This document shows, piece by piece, positions 1 through 11,900 of a DNA stretch of 64,000 nt. Within the stretch, counting starts at the first letter, position 1, and every line of letters starts with the position of its first letter. A program made the position numbers and the translations under genes. Below the pieces are notes generated by a model. The model was not told the origin of the DNA, did no database searches, and was given only the letters and a program-made list of their open reading frames with translations. Location: the NCBI GenBank assembly GCA_963779075.1, contig CAVZWS010000007.1, positions 28,419-92,418 of the forward strand, in the 5' to 3' direction. Origin of the DNA: Bryobacterales bacterium (lineage in GTDB: Bacteria > Acidobacteriota > Terriglobia > Bryobacterales > Bryobacteraceae).

Positions 1-49
1 ACTTAGCGCTGGCTATCCAGTTGCTGCTGATCCCGGAAGGAGTTCGCCA

Positions 50-916
50 ATGGATATGAACGAAAGCCGTGGGAACGTCGATTCGGAAAAATCGGTCTTG
101 CGATGGGGAATTGGGATAGCCGTGCTGGCGCTGTGCGTGGTGGCGGGGATCAGCCTCGCCTATGTTTCGCGTGAGCGGCGGCAGCTTAACGATCTGAGCG
201 CCACCAATCAGTCGCTGAGCTCTTCGATTGCGCAGCTCAAGACTGAAATGCAGGTGATGGCTGATAAGCTGAGTCAGCCGCCACCGGCTCCTCCGGCGCG
301 CGTTGCCTCCGAAGGCGCTTCACGTCCTAGCTCGCAGCCTCATACGGTTGCGCGAGCCAGTGTCGACCCGCGCTTCAGGCAGATGCAGGCTCGCCTGGCG
401 GATCAGGAAAAGCAGCTCAGCAGTACGCGCGAAGACTTGAACAAGACCCGCGACGATCTGCAAGGGAAGCTCGATTCCACGCGCGATGAGTTGTCCGGTT
501 CGCTCGCGTCCACCAAAGATGAACTCAACGGCTCGATCGGCCGCACGCATGACGACGTAGTAGCGTTGCAGAAGCGGGGCGAACGGAATTACTACGAGTT
601 CCAGCTCATCAAATCCAAGGAGTTTAAACGCATCGGGCCGCTGAGCCTCTCCTTGCGCAAGGTGAATACCAAGCGCAAGTCCTATGACCTCGCGCTGTTC
701 GTCGACGATAACCAAATGCAGAAGAAAAGCGTAAATCTTTACGAGCCCATCTGGATCAATCTCGATGACCGGCCGCAGCCGGTGCAGTTAGTGGTCAACC
801 AGATCGGCAAGGACCAGATCCAGGGCTATATTTCCGAGCCGAAGTATAAGAAATCGGAACTGGGCGATACCGCTTCCGCGGCTCCTCTACCAGCGGCGGC
901 CCTCAAGGAGAAATGA
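50..916 (+). CDS. hypothetical membrane-anchored coiled-coil protein
   Basis: Intact 288-aa ORF with one N-terminal TM helix (WGIGIAVLALCVVAGISLAYV). It is followed by repetitive coiled-coil-like text (TREDLNKTRDDLQGKLDSTRDELSGSLASTKDELNGS). No family recognised. Confidence 0.55.
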   Translation: MDMNESRGNVDSEKSVLRWGIGIAVLALCVVAGISLAYVSRERRQLNDLSATNQSLSSSIAQLKTEMQVMADKLSQPPPAPPARVASEGASRPSSQPHTVARASVDPRFRQMQARLADQEKQLSSTREDLNKTRDDLQGKLDSTRDELSGSLASTKDELNGSIGRTHDDVVALQKRGERNYYEFQLIKSKEFKRIGPLSLSLRKVNTKRKSYDLALFVDDNQMQKKSVNLYEPIWINLDDRPQPVQLVVNQIGKDQIQGYISEPKYKKSELGDTASAAPLPAAALKEK

Positions 917-964
917 AGCCAGTTGCTGCGCGGCCGGTTCCGAGGTCATCGAAAGGAGACCGTC

Positions 965-1834
965 ATGAAATTCAAATCGAACGTTTGGTTCGCACTGCCG
1001 CTGATCGTGGCCCTGAATTGGGCTCTGAATTCGCCCGCGGTCCGCGCAGCGGATAACCGCGACGCGCCCATTTACCGGATAACTGTGGTGCAACGGTCGC
1101 TATCGGCGGTGAACTATGGACGCCGCTCGGGGCCCACGAAAATTGATTTCCGTGGCACAGTGCTCGCTCCGGAAACCCGCGGCGGCGCCACCGTCGAAGC
1201 GAAGGCGGGCGCTGTGGCGATCCACGCTAAGTTCGCCGGGCTTGACTCGCCCGCGAAATTCGGGCCGCAGTATTTGACCTATGTGCTGTGGGCCATCAGT
1301 CCGGAAGGCCAGACCGAGCGCCTGGGCGAGGTCATCACCAATCACAGCGATGACGCGAAGCTGGAGGTCACGACTTCACTCCAGACCTTCGGCCTGCTGG
1401 TTACCGCCGAGCCATATTTCGCGGTCTCCAAACCGGGACCGGTAGTAGTAATGGAAAACGTGTTGCGGCCGGATACAGTGGGTACGTCCGAACAAGTTTC
1501 CGCTAAATACGAACTGTTGCCGCGAGCGGAAAACTACACCGTCAACCTGTCGCCGGATGTGAAGAGCAGCGGAAACGGACCCATGGTTTCGCAGCGCGAG
1601 TACGAAGCGGTACTGGCGTTGTATCAGGCGCAAAACGCAATCCAGATCGCGCGGGCCGAAGGGGTCGACGGCCGGGCACGAGAGACCCTGCAGAAGGCAG
1701 AGCATCTGGAGCGGGAAGCCGAACAGATCCCCAATCGCAAGGCCAATAGCGAGCGCGTGATTTCGCTGGCCCGCCAGGCGGCGCAAACTGCCGAGGATGC
1801 CAGAAACATCGCCGCGCACAGCGAAGGGAAATAG
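965..1834 (+). CDS. hypothetical secreted protein
   Basis: ATG at 965 is preceded by GGAG. Signal peptide MKFKSNVWFALPLIVALNWALNSPAVRA. The ORF-track start at 923 is probably too far upstream. No family recognised. Confidence 0.55.
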   Translation: MKFKSNVWFALPLIVALNWALNSPAVRAADNRDAPIYRITVVQRSLSAVNYGRRSGPTKIDFRGTVLAPETRGGATVEAKAGAVAIHAKFAGLDSPAKFGPQYLTYVLWAISPEGQTERLGEVITNHSDDAKLEVTTSLQTFGLLVTAEPYFAVSKPGPVVVMENVLRPDTVGTSEQVSAKYELLPRAENYTVNLSPDVKSSGNGPMVSQREYEAVLALYQAQNAIQIARAEGVDGRARETLQKAEHLEREAEQIPNRKANSERVISLARQAAQTAEDARNIAAHSEGK

Positions 1835-1877
1835 CGCTTGAGTTTCGGGGCCTGATATTCTTGATTCAGACCCTCCT

Positions 1878-3704
<1,827 letters not shown>

Positions 3705-3713
3705 CGCGGCCGA

Positions 3714-4178
3714 TCAGTGCTTGTCGCGATAAACTCCGTGGCAACTGTCGCAGGCATTGCTGAGCCGGTCGAGCGACACGGTCACTACATCCTGATTCTT
3801 GGACTGCGCCGCTTTGTAGGATGCGGCGCCTGCGTCCACCAATTCCTGCGTGAATTTGATCCAATCGGCGCGCTCCAACGGCACTTTCTGTCCGTTCGAG
3901 AGCAAGCGCCCGGGCATTGAGATTAATGCAGCCGCTTCGGAAATGGCGATGGCGCTGTCTTGCACCACGCCCCACTCCTTGTCGTTCTTCGGAGGCGTCT
4001 GCGCAACACTGAACACGATATCGGAATTGGGCAGTATGACCCCGCGCATCACCTGTTTCAGGGTCCCGACCGGAGCCGGCTTATAAACCGGAGCCTGCGC
4101 GACGGCCGCGCCGCAAAGAAGCAAAAGGAATCCGAAACGCATTCCTCTATTCTCGCGTGAATTCGACCGAAGTTTCAT
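3714..4178 (-). CDS. class II (cytochrome c'-like) c-type cytochrome, secreted
   Basis: Signal peptide MRFGFLLLLCGAAVAQA (alternative start 4142). A single heme motif CDSCH lies 7 residues from the C-terminus, as expected for four-helix-bundle class II cytochromes c. Confidence 0.6.
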   Translation of the reverse strand: MKLRSNSRENRGMRFGFLLLLCGAAVAQAPVYKPAPVGTLKQVMRGVILPNSDIVFSVAQTPPKNDKEWGVVQDSAIAISEAAALISMPGRLLSNGQKVPLERADWIKFTQELVDAGAASYKAAQSKNQDVVTVSLDRLSNACDSCHGVYRDKH

Positions 4179-4277
4179 GGCGCGCCGGTGGATGAGGCCC
4201 GGCCGGAAGTGCCGCGAGCGCCAGTCCGCACGAAGGAAGTAGACATGCTACATGATAAGCAGTAGTCTATCTACAGC

Positions 4278-4625
4278 GTGTCGAAATCAAACCCTCTCTT
4301 GCAAGGCACACTCGATATGCTGGTTTTGCAGGCGCTCCGCCGGGGCCCGCAGCATGGTTACGGCATCGCGCAAGCAATTCGAGCGGGATCGAACGATATC
4401 CTTCAGATCGAGACCGGCTCACTCTACCCTGCGCTCCACCGGCTGGAAAAGCAATGCTGGATTCGGGCGGAATGGAAGACCTCCCAGCACAATCAGCGGG
4501 CAAAGTATTACCGCCTTACGGCAGCCGGCAAAAAACAACTGTCGTACGAACACAGCCGCTGGACGCAAATGACCAGAGCGATCGCGACGCTCATGAGCCC
4601 GTCCCAGAATGAAGGCAAATCATGA
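4278..4625 (+). CDS. PadR family transcriptional regulator
   Basis: Winged-helix text LVLQALRRGPQHGYGIAQAI ... GSLYPALHRLEKQCWI ... KYYRLTAAGKKQL. Its stop overlaps the start of the next gene (ATGA at 4622). Confidence 0.9.
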   Translation: MSKSNPLLQGTLDMLVLQALRRGPQHGYGIAQAIRAGSNDILQIETGSLYPALHRLEKQCWIRAEWKTSQHNQRAKYYRLTAAGKKQLSYEHSRWTQMTRAIATLMSPSQNEGKS

Positions 4626-7315
4626 TGTGGCGGCTGCTCTCCCACTCCCGATTGCGGCGCGAATCGGAATTACGCGAAGAAATTGAGTCGCACCTCGCTA
4701 TGGCTGTCCGCGAACGTATGGAGCGGGGTGAATCTTCCGAAGCTGCCCACCAGGGTTCCCTCAAGGAATTCGGCAATCGCACGCTAATCCAGGAAGAGAC
4801 TCGTGAAGCCTGGGGCTGGACCTGGATGGAACACCTGGCGCAGGACTTGCGTTACGCCTCACGGCAGGTCCGTCGGGCTCCGGGGACTTTCGCGTCCGCA
4901 GTCTTGCTCATCGCGCTGGGCGTGGCGGCGAGTACCCAGGTCTTTGCGTTCGTCGACGCGGTGCTCCTGCGGAATCTGCCGGTCCGGGACCCTCAGAGTC
5001 TGGTTCAGTTGTTTGAAATTCATCCGCGAATTCCAGCGCGGGCATTTTATCGATCTTTCTTCCTTCGTTTGATTCGCGAGCAATCGTCCACCATTACCAG
5101 CGTGGTGGGCCAGATCGAATGGACCGCTCCGGTGGAACACGGAGGCATCCGGGAGCGTGCTCATCCCCATGCGGTGACCAATGACTACTTTTCCGCCCTC
5201 GGAGTACCTCCAGCGCTGGGCCGCGTGATCGCCGGCGAAGATCAGCAGGTTGCGGTGCTTTCTCACGCCTATTGGATCCGGGCGTTTGGTGGAGATCCGA
5301 AGGTTGTGGGCCAGACGATCCGCCTTTATGATCGGCCATTCGCCATCATTGGCGTGGCTGCGCGCGATTTCGTAGGCACGGTGATCGATACCAGTGCGGA
5401 CTTATGGTTCCCGCAGCGCGGCTCCTATAATCTCGCCGACAACCCGGCCATTCGCGTGGATGACGCCTATAGGGAAGATTCCTTTACGGAAATTCTTGGG
5501 CGATTGCGGCCGGGCGTCAGTATCTCGCAGGCGCAGGCGGAGCTGGTGGTGCTATTTAATCGCTATAACCAAGAGTTGATTCGCCGTAATCTTGGGGACA
5601 AGACGTTCCTTCAGGAGGACCGTCTGGAAGTAAGGTCCATCGCACGGGGCACGTCACCGTTGCGTGAGCAATCTTCGACGGCTCTCTGGTTGCTCTTGGC
5701 CGGGACCGGGCTGGTGCTGGTAATGGTCTGCGCAAATATCGGCGGGCTATTGTTGGCCAAGGCCAGCGTGCGCGAGAAAGAAACAGCCGTTCGCATGGCC
5801 ATCGGCGCCAGCCGGGAGCGCATTGCAAGAATGTGGTTCATCGAGAGTTTGTTGCTTGCGGTAACTGGGGGCCTAGCGGGAACACTGGTGGCATATTCTA
5901 GCCTGCCTCTAATGACGCGCTGGCTTCCTCCCGCGCGTGGCATTGGATTTGACCCGGCCGAGCTAAGAATTCGCGCACTCGATCTGTCTCCCGATTCGCG
6001 GGTCCTGGCATTCAGCATTGGTGTGTGCGCCTTGGTCGCCGTCTTGAGTGCGTTGGTGCCGGTATGGCGTCTATCGCAGCGGGATTTGTGGACCGCGCTG
6101 AAGACTGGCATGGGGGAAGCGCGGCACCGGCGCTTCCAGTCGGCTCTGTGCAGTATGCAGGTCGCGCTTTGTATCGTCCTTCTCGTGTTTGCAGGATGGA
6201 TGATGCGCAGTTTGTCAGTTCTCCGTGCCGCCGATACCGGCGTCGCCGCGAGCGCGATCTCGATCTTCTCGCTGGACCCAGCGAATGCGCGATATTCCAA
6301 GGAAGCAATTGTCTCCTACAAGCGCCGTTTGATCGACGCGGTGAAGACCTTGCCAGACGTAGAGAGCGCGGCCATCGCCAATCGAGCTCTGATGCGGGGT
6401 ATTGGATTGGGCATGATCGTGGTATTCCCGGACCGGCCGCCGGAAGGACGCTTGAATACGAGCTTCAACATAGTCTCTCCAGAGTATTTCGACACCATGG
6501 GTATGCACTTCAGCGCGGGTAGCGGGTTCGATGCGAGCACGTTGCAGCGAAAGCCGGCCCCCGTAGTGATAAACCAGGAATTCGCGCGACACTTCTTCCC
6601 CAATCGAGACCCCATCGGTCAGGTTTTCGCTACGGGAAGGGTTTTTACGGGGAGGAAGTGGGTGGCGACGGAGTTCCAGATCACGGGTGTGGTGAATGAC
6701 ACCAAGTACCGATCACTCAGGGAGATCCCGCCGCCCATCTACTACACTGCAGACTTTGGGTCTTCAGAGGAAACGAACGCCTTTGCCCTGCACGTCCGTG
6801 CACGCGGCAACCCACGCGCGGTGATTTCCGATGTGCGAAAGCTGGCGGCCTCGATCGATCCTCGCGTATCGCTCTACGAAACCACCACATTGACAGAAGA
6901 AATCGACCGCTCCCTGTGGCAGGAACGAATGCTGGTGGCAATGGCTGGGGCGTTCGGAGTCTTCGCCATGGTGCTTACGGCGATCGGGCTTTACGGAGTT
7001 CTGGCGTATTTCGTCACCGTTCGGCGGCGGGAGATTGGGTTGCGGATGGCGCTGGGCGCGACACCGGTGCAGATTGGCCGCTTTCTGACAAGACCGCTGG
7101 CGGCCACCGTGGGAATTGGCCTGGTGCTGGGAGGAGCACTGGCGTTCGCCGCCAGCAGATGGGCGCAGAGCCTGTTCTACGGAATCGGTCCGTTTGACGC
7201 TCTTTCCATTGGAGTGGCATTGGGATTGGTCGCGGCGGTGACGTGCGCAGCCTCGGCGCCGCCGTGCTGGCGGGCGATTCGCCTTGACCCTGCTCAATCG
7301 CTGCGGGAGGAATGA
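4622..7315 (+). CDS. duplicated FtsX/MacB-type permease (ADOP family)
   Basis: 897 aa with two repeats of TM helix, large periplasmic domain and FtsX-type 3-TM bundle. N-terminal motif LRYASRQVRRAPGTFASAVLLIALGVAA. Translationally coupled to padR, with no adjacent ATPase. Confidence 0.85.
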   Translation: MMWRLLSHSRLRRESELREEIESHLAMAVRERMERGESSEAAHQGSLKEFGNRTLIQEETREAWGWTWMEHLAQDLRYASRQVRRAPGTFASAVLLIALGVAASTQVFAFVDAVLLRNLPVRDPQSLVQLFEIHPRIPARAFYRSFFLRLIREQSSTITSVVGQIEWTAPVEHGGIRERAHPHAVTNDYFSALGVPPALGRVIAGEDQQVAVLSHAYWIRAFGGDPKVVGQTIRLYDRPFAIIGVAARDFVGTVIDTSADLWFPQRGSYNLADNPAIRVDDAYREDSFTEILGRLRPGVSISQAQAELVVLFNRYNQELIRRNLGDKTFLQEDRLEVRSIARGTSPLREQSSTALWLLLAGTGLVLVMVCANIGGLLLAKASVREKETAVRMAIGASRERIARMWFIESLLLAVTGGLAGTLVAYSSLPLMTRWLPPARGIGFDPAELRIRALDLSPDSRVLAFSIGVCALVAVLSALVPVWRLSQRDLWTALKTGMGEARHRRFQSALCSMQVALCIVLLVFAGWMMRSLSVLRAADTGVAASAISIFSLDPANARYSKEAIVSYKRRLIDAVKTLPDVESAAIANRALMRGIGLGMIVVFPDRPPEGRLNTSFNIVSPEYFDTMGMHFSAGSGFDASTLQRKPAPVVINQEFARHFFPNRDPIGQVFATGRVFTGRKWVATEFQITGVVNDTKYRSLREIPPPIYYTADFGSSEETNAFALHVRARGNPRAVISDVRKLAASIDPRVSLYETTTLTEEIDRSLWQERMLVAMAGAFGVFAMVLTAIGLYGVLAYFVTVRRREIGLRMALGATPVQIGRFLTRPLAATVGIGLVLGGALAFAASRWAQSLFYGIGPFDALSIGVALGLVAAVTCAASAPPCWRAIRLDPAQSLREE

Positions 7316-7412
7316 CAGGTGCCCCGGCTGTTACCTCACAGCAAGGCCCTGGTCGCGCGGGGTGCGGCGGGTACTGCGTACGACAATTTGGCCGTGCTAA
7401 ACTCGCGACGAG

Positions 7413-8837
7413 TTGAACGATAACATCTGCTTTCTCAATGCAACCGAAATGATCCGGCGCATGCGCCGCAAAGAGCTTTCCGCGCGCGAGGTGCTGGAGG
7501 CGCACCTGGCGCAGATCGCGCGGCTGAATCCGCAAGTGAACGCCATCGTAACTCTTGCCGAGGAAGAAGCGCGCGCGCAGGCTTTGCGCGCGGATGAAGG
7601 CGCGGCGCGCGGCGAGTTCCTGGGCCCGCTGCACGGCCTTCCCATCGCGTTCAAGGATCTGACCGAGACCCGCGGCTTGCGCACCACCTTTGGGTCGCCG
7701 ATTTTCAAGGACTACGTGCCGGATTTCAGCACACTTCTGGCCGAGCGAACGCAGGGCGCGGGCGCCATCACGATCGGCAAAACCAACACACCCGAGTTCG
7801 GCGCCGGATCGCAGACGTTCAACCCCATCTTCGGGCGCACCAAGAATCCATGGGACCTGTCGAAGACCTGCGGCGGTTCGAGCGGCGGCGCGGCGGTGGC
7901 GCTGGCTTGCGGAATGCTGCCGATCGCCGATGGCAGCGACCTGGGCGGCTCGCTGCGCAATCCGGCCAGCTTTTGTTCCGTGGTGGGCTTCCGCTCGTCG
8001 CCCGGGCGAGTCCCCAAGGTCCCGTCGCGAGACGGCTGGAATACGCTGAACGTGGTCGGACCAATGGCGCGCACCGTCGAGGACCTAGCGTTGTTTCTTT
8101 CGGCGATCGCCGGCCCCGATGCGCGGGCTCCCTTGTCGATTCATGAGCCGGGCGCGCGTTTCGCCCAGCCGCTCGCGCGAGATTGCAAAGGGTTACGCAT
8201 CGCCTGGTGTGGCAAGTTCGCAGGCCTGCCCTTCGATCATCGGGTGAGCGCAGTCGTGAACGCGCGGCGGCGAACTTTCGAGGATCTCGGTTGCGTCACC
8301 GAAGACGCCGATCCCGATTTCTCGGGTGCCGACGAAGCCTTCAAGACTCTTCGCGCGCTGGGATTCTATCTGCAGCACGGAGACCTTCTCGATCCGCACC
8401 GCGCGCAGATGAAACGCACCGTGGTGGATGAGATCGAGCGCGGAGCGCGGCTGACGGGGCCGCAGATTGCCCGCGCCGAAACATTGCGCTCGCAGCTTTT
8501 CGCGCGTCTCGGCGAATTCATGGCCCGTTTCGATTTCCTGGTGTTGCCGGTGGTTCAGGTTCCGCCGTTCGATATCGATCAGGAGTACGTGACCGAGATC
8601 GAAGGCCAGCGCCTGGAAACCTATGTGGATTGGATGCGGTCCTGCTACTTCATCAGCACCACGGCGCTGCCGGCCATTTCCGTGCCGGCGGGTTTTACAG
8701 CGGAGGGCCTGCCGGTGGGCCTGCAGATTGTTGGCCGCCACCAGGATGACTGGAGCGTTTTGCAAATGGCCCACGCGTTCGAGCAGGCGGCCGGCATCCG
8801 CGAGCGGCCGGCCTTCGCTCAGAACGGGGTTTACTGA
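7413..8837 (+). CDS. amidase (amidase-signature family)
   Basis: AS-family core GGSSGGAAVALACGMLPIADGSDLGGSLRNPASFC. 474 aa. TTG start at 7413, with an alternative ATG at 7449. Confidence 0.9.
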   Translation: MNDNICFLNATEMIRRMRRKELSAREVLEAHLAQIARLNPQVNAIVTLAEEEARAQALRADEGAARGEFLGPLHGLPIAFKDLTETRGLRTTFGSPIFKDYVPDFSTLLAERTQGAGAITIGKTNTPEFGAGSQTFNPIFGRTKNPWDLSKTCGGSSGGAAVALACGMLPIADGSDLGGSLRNPASFCSVVGFRSSPGRVPKVPSRDGWNTLNVVGPMARTVEDLALFLSAIAGPDARAPLSIHEPGARFAQPLARDCKGLRIAWCGKFAGLPFDHRVSAVVNARRRTFEDLGCVTEDADPDFSGADEAFKTLRALGFYLQHGDLLDPHRAQMKRTVVDEIERGARLTGPQIARAETLRSQLFARLGEFMARFDFLVLPVVQVPPFDIDQEYVTEIEGQRLETYVDWMRSCYFISTTALPAISVPAGFTAEGLPVGLQIVGRHQDDWSVLQMAHAFEQAAGIRERPAFAQNGVY

Positions 8838-8929
8838 GTCGCTCGATAAAGGCGAGTAATCTTTTCAGGCTCCGGCCGCGTCTAACTTTTCATTGCCAGG
8901 TCTCGACCCGTAAGGGAATCTCGTACGAA

Positions 8930-11900
8930 ATGCGAAAGATTGTAGGTCCCGTAATCCTTGCCCTGCTGTTCTCCGGGGCGGCCTTCAGCCAGAACTACAC
9001 GATTCAGACATTTGCAGGAGGCGGCGTCCCGCAGGGTGTCGCAGGCCCTTCCGCTAGCTTAGGCGCCGTCACAGGCGTCGCGACGGACGCGGCCGGGAAT
9101 GTCTACATTGCGCTACAAGTCTTATTCCGCCGTGGTTCGCATGGACGCCACTACGCACGTCCTCACGCTGGTGGCGGGCACCGGAACGCCCGGTTTTGGC
9201 GGCGACGGCGGATTCCGCGGCGAGCGCACAGTTGAACAAGCCTTCGGGGATGGCGGTCGACTCCGCGGGGAATCTCTACATCGCCGACTCCGGCAATAAT
9301 CGCGATCCGGAAAGTTTCCAACGGTGTGATCACGACTGTGTCCGGAGGCGGCGCCGGTGCTCAGTTATCGAATCCGACTGGCATTGCCGTGGATACTTCG
9401 GGCAACTTGTACATTGCCGATTCCGGAAATAATGTGGTCCGCAAGGTATCCGGGTGGAGTCACCGTCACGGTGGCCGGCACCGGGACGGCTGGTGCGTTC
9501 GGCGACGGCGGTCCCGCGACCAGCGCTCAGTTGAATTCGCCACAGGGTGTCGCAGTGGACACGCAGGGAAATCTTTATATCGCGGATTACGGTAACGACG
9601 CGGTGGTCGAGGTGGCGGGCGGCATTCTCACCACGGTGTTTAACCAGCAAGGAGCTGGCCCCATCGCTGTAGCCGTGGATGGCACCGGCAACCTGTTCTT
9701 TGCAGCCTTCGGCTTTTCCGTCGTGGGCGACCTTTCAACCGGCGGGACGCTTTCCCCGGTCGCGGGAAACTTCACTACCGGCTACTCAGGCGACGCCGGT
9801 TCAGCGATCAACGCCGCACTCAACGGTCCCGTGGATGTTGCGGTGGACGCCACCGGCAACCTCTACATCGCGGATTACAACAACGACGTGGTCCGCGAAG
9901 TCGACGTCGTCCGGTATCATCACCACGGCGGCGGGAGGACCCTACGGATATGTCGGTGACAACGGGACGGCAACCAGCGCATTATTGTTTAACCCCACCT
10001 ACACCGCCGCGGGTCCTGGCGGCGCGGTATACATCGTCGACAGCTATCACAATCTGGTGCGCAAAGTAGTCAATGGAGTCATCACCACGGTAGCCGGAAC
10101 GGGCGCTCTGGGGTACACCGGCGATAATGGCGCCGCCACTAGCGCCACGTTAAATACTCCCTGGGGCGTTGCCGTGGACTCGGCCGGAAATCTCTACATT
10201 TCCGACACTGGCAATAGCGTCATCCGCAAAGTCTCGCGGTGCGGAGTGATCACCACGATCGCCGGAAACGGGACGGCGGGTTTCAGCGGCGACAACGGCG
10301 CCGCCACCAGCGCTACGCTAAACGGCCCAGCGGGAATCGCTTTGGACGCGGCCGGAAACCTCTACATCGCCGACTACGGGAACAATCGCGTCCGCATGAT
10401 ATCGGGAGGCACCATCACTACGGTTGCCGGGAACGGCACCGCTACGTTTGCGGGCGATAGCGGCTCGGCTACCAGCGCCTCGCTATCGGGTCCTCTGGAT
10501 GTCAGGTTGGACGCTGCCGGGAACCTGTACATCGCGGATTACGGAAATAATCGCATTCGAATGGTAAGCAGCGGAACTATCTCCACCATCGCAGGAAACG
10601 GAGCAGCTGGCTTTGGCGGTGACAGCGGGCCTGCCGCCAGCGCCCAGTTGAACAGTCCGTCGGGCGTCGCCCTGGATGCGACGGGCGACCTGTTTATTGC
10701 GGATAACGGCCAACAATGTGATCCGGCAAGTAACCAGCGGCATCATCACCACCATCGCCGGCAATGGGACCGCCAGTTACAGTGGGGACAATGGCCCCGC
10801 CGCCGGCGCGGGGTTAAACGCGCCTTTAGGTGTCGCCACGGATTCGCTAGGAAGAATCTTCGTGGCGGACTCGGCAAACAATCTGGTCCGCGTGATGAAT
10901 CCGCCTTGCAGTTTTGCGCTGGACACATCGTCGATTCAGGCGCCGGGGGCCGGCGGATCGTTCCCTATTGGCGTGCAGACCGCGGCGTTCTGTTCCTGGT
11001 CGGTATCGGAACTGCCGGATTGGATCACGGTGGGAGGCGCATCCTCAACTACCGGTCCGGCAAATGTCACGCTGATCGTGGCGGCAGCAAGCGGCACGCC
11101 GAGAAGCGCCAGCATATCCGTAGCCGGAATTTCGGTAACGGTTAACCAGGCGGCAAACTGTACCTATGCAATCAGCCCTGGCGGGCAAGGGTTCACGGCC
11201 TCCGGAGGCCCGGGAACCGTCACTATCACAGCTCCGGCGGGCTGCGCATGGAACGCCACCAACACCTTGCCGTTCGTTTCGTACAACGGAGCTTCCTCCG
11301 GATCAGGTAGCGGCGTCCTGAGTTTCCTGGTTGCGGCCAATGAGAGCGTAGACCGTTCGGGCACTCTTCACGGTGGCGGGCCTTTCCTTTAATGTTGAGC
11401 AGCAGGCGGCTTCGATCCCTAACCTGAACATCATCGGCTCGATGGCGCACCTCGCGGCGCAGGAAAACTGGACCACCACGTTCACGCTGGTCAACCAGAG
11501 CGCGGCCTCGGCAACGGCCCGCCTGAGCTTTTTCGGCGACGACTACTCATATTCCTCAGACCCTAACGGCAGCGGTCCGCTCGCGCTGCCCTTGACGTTG
11601 CCCCAACAGGCTGCACTTTCCGGACCGTTGCTGGCCGCTTCGTTCGACCGAACCATAGCCGCGAACGCTTCCTTGATTGCCACCACCGCGGGTTCGCCGG
11701 CCTCGCCAGTGCTAGTGGGTTCGGCACAACTGGCGGCCACGGGCGCAGTGGATGGCTTCGCCATTTTCCACCAGATTCAGACTCAGCAGGAAGCTGTAGT
11801 GCCGATGGAAACGCGCAACGCGAGTTCTTATTTGTTGCCTTTTGACAACTCCGCTTCTGGTAACAGCAACTTGGTGCTGGGCGTTGCTTTGGCTAACATT

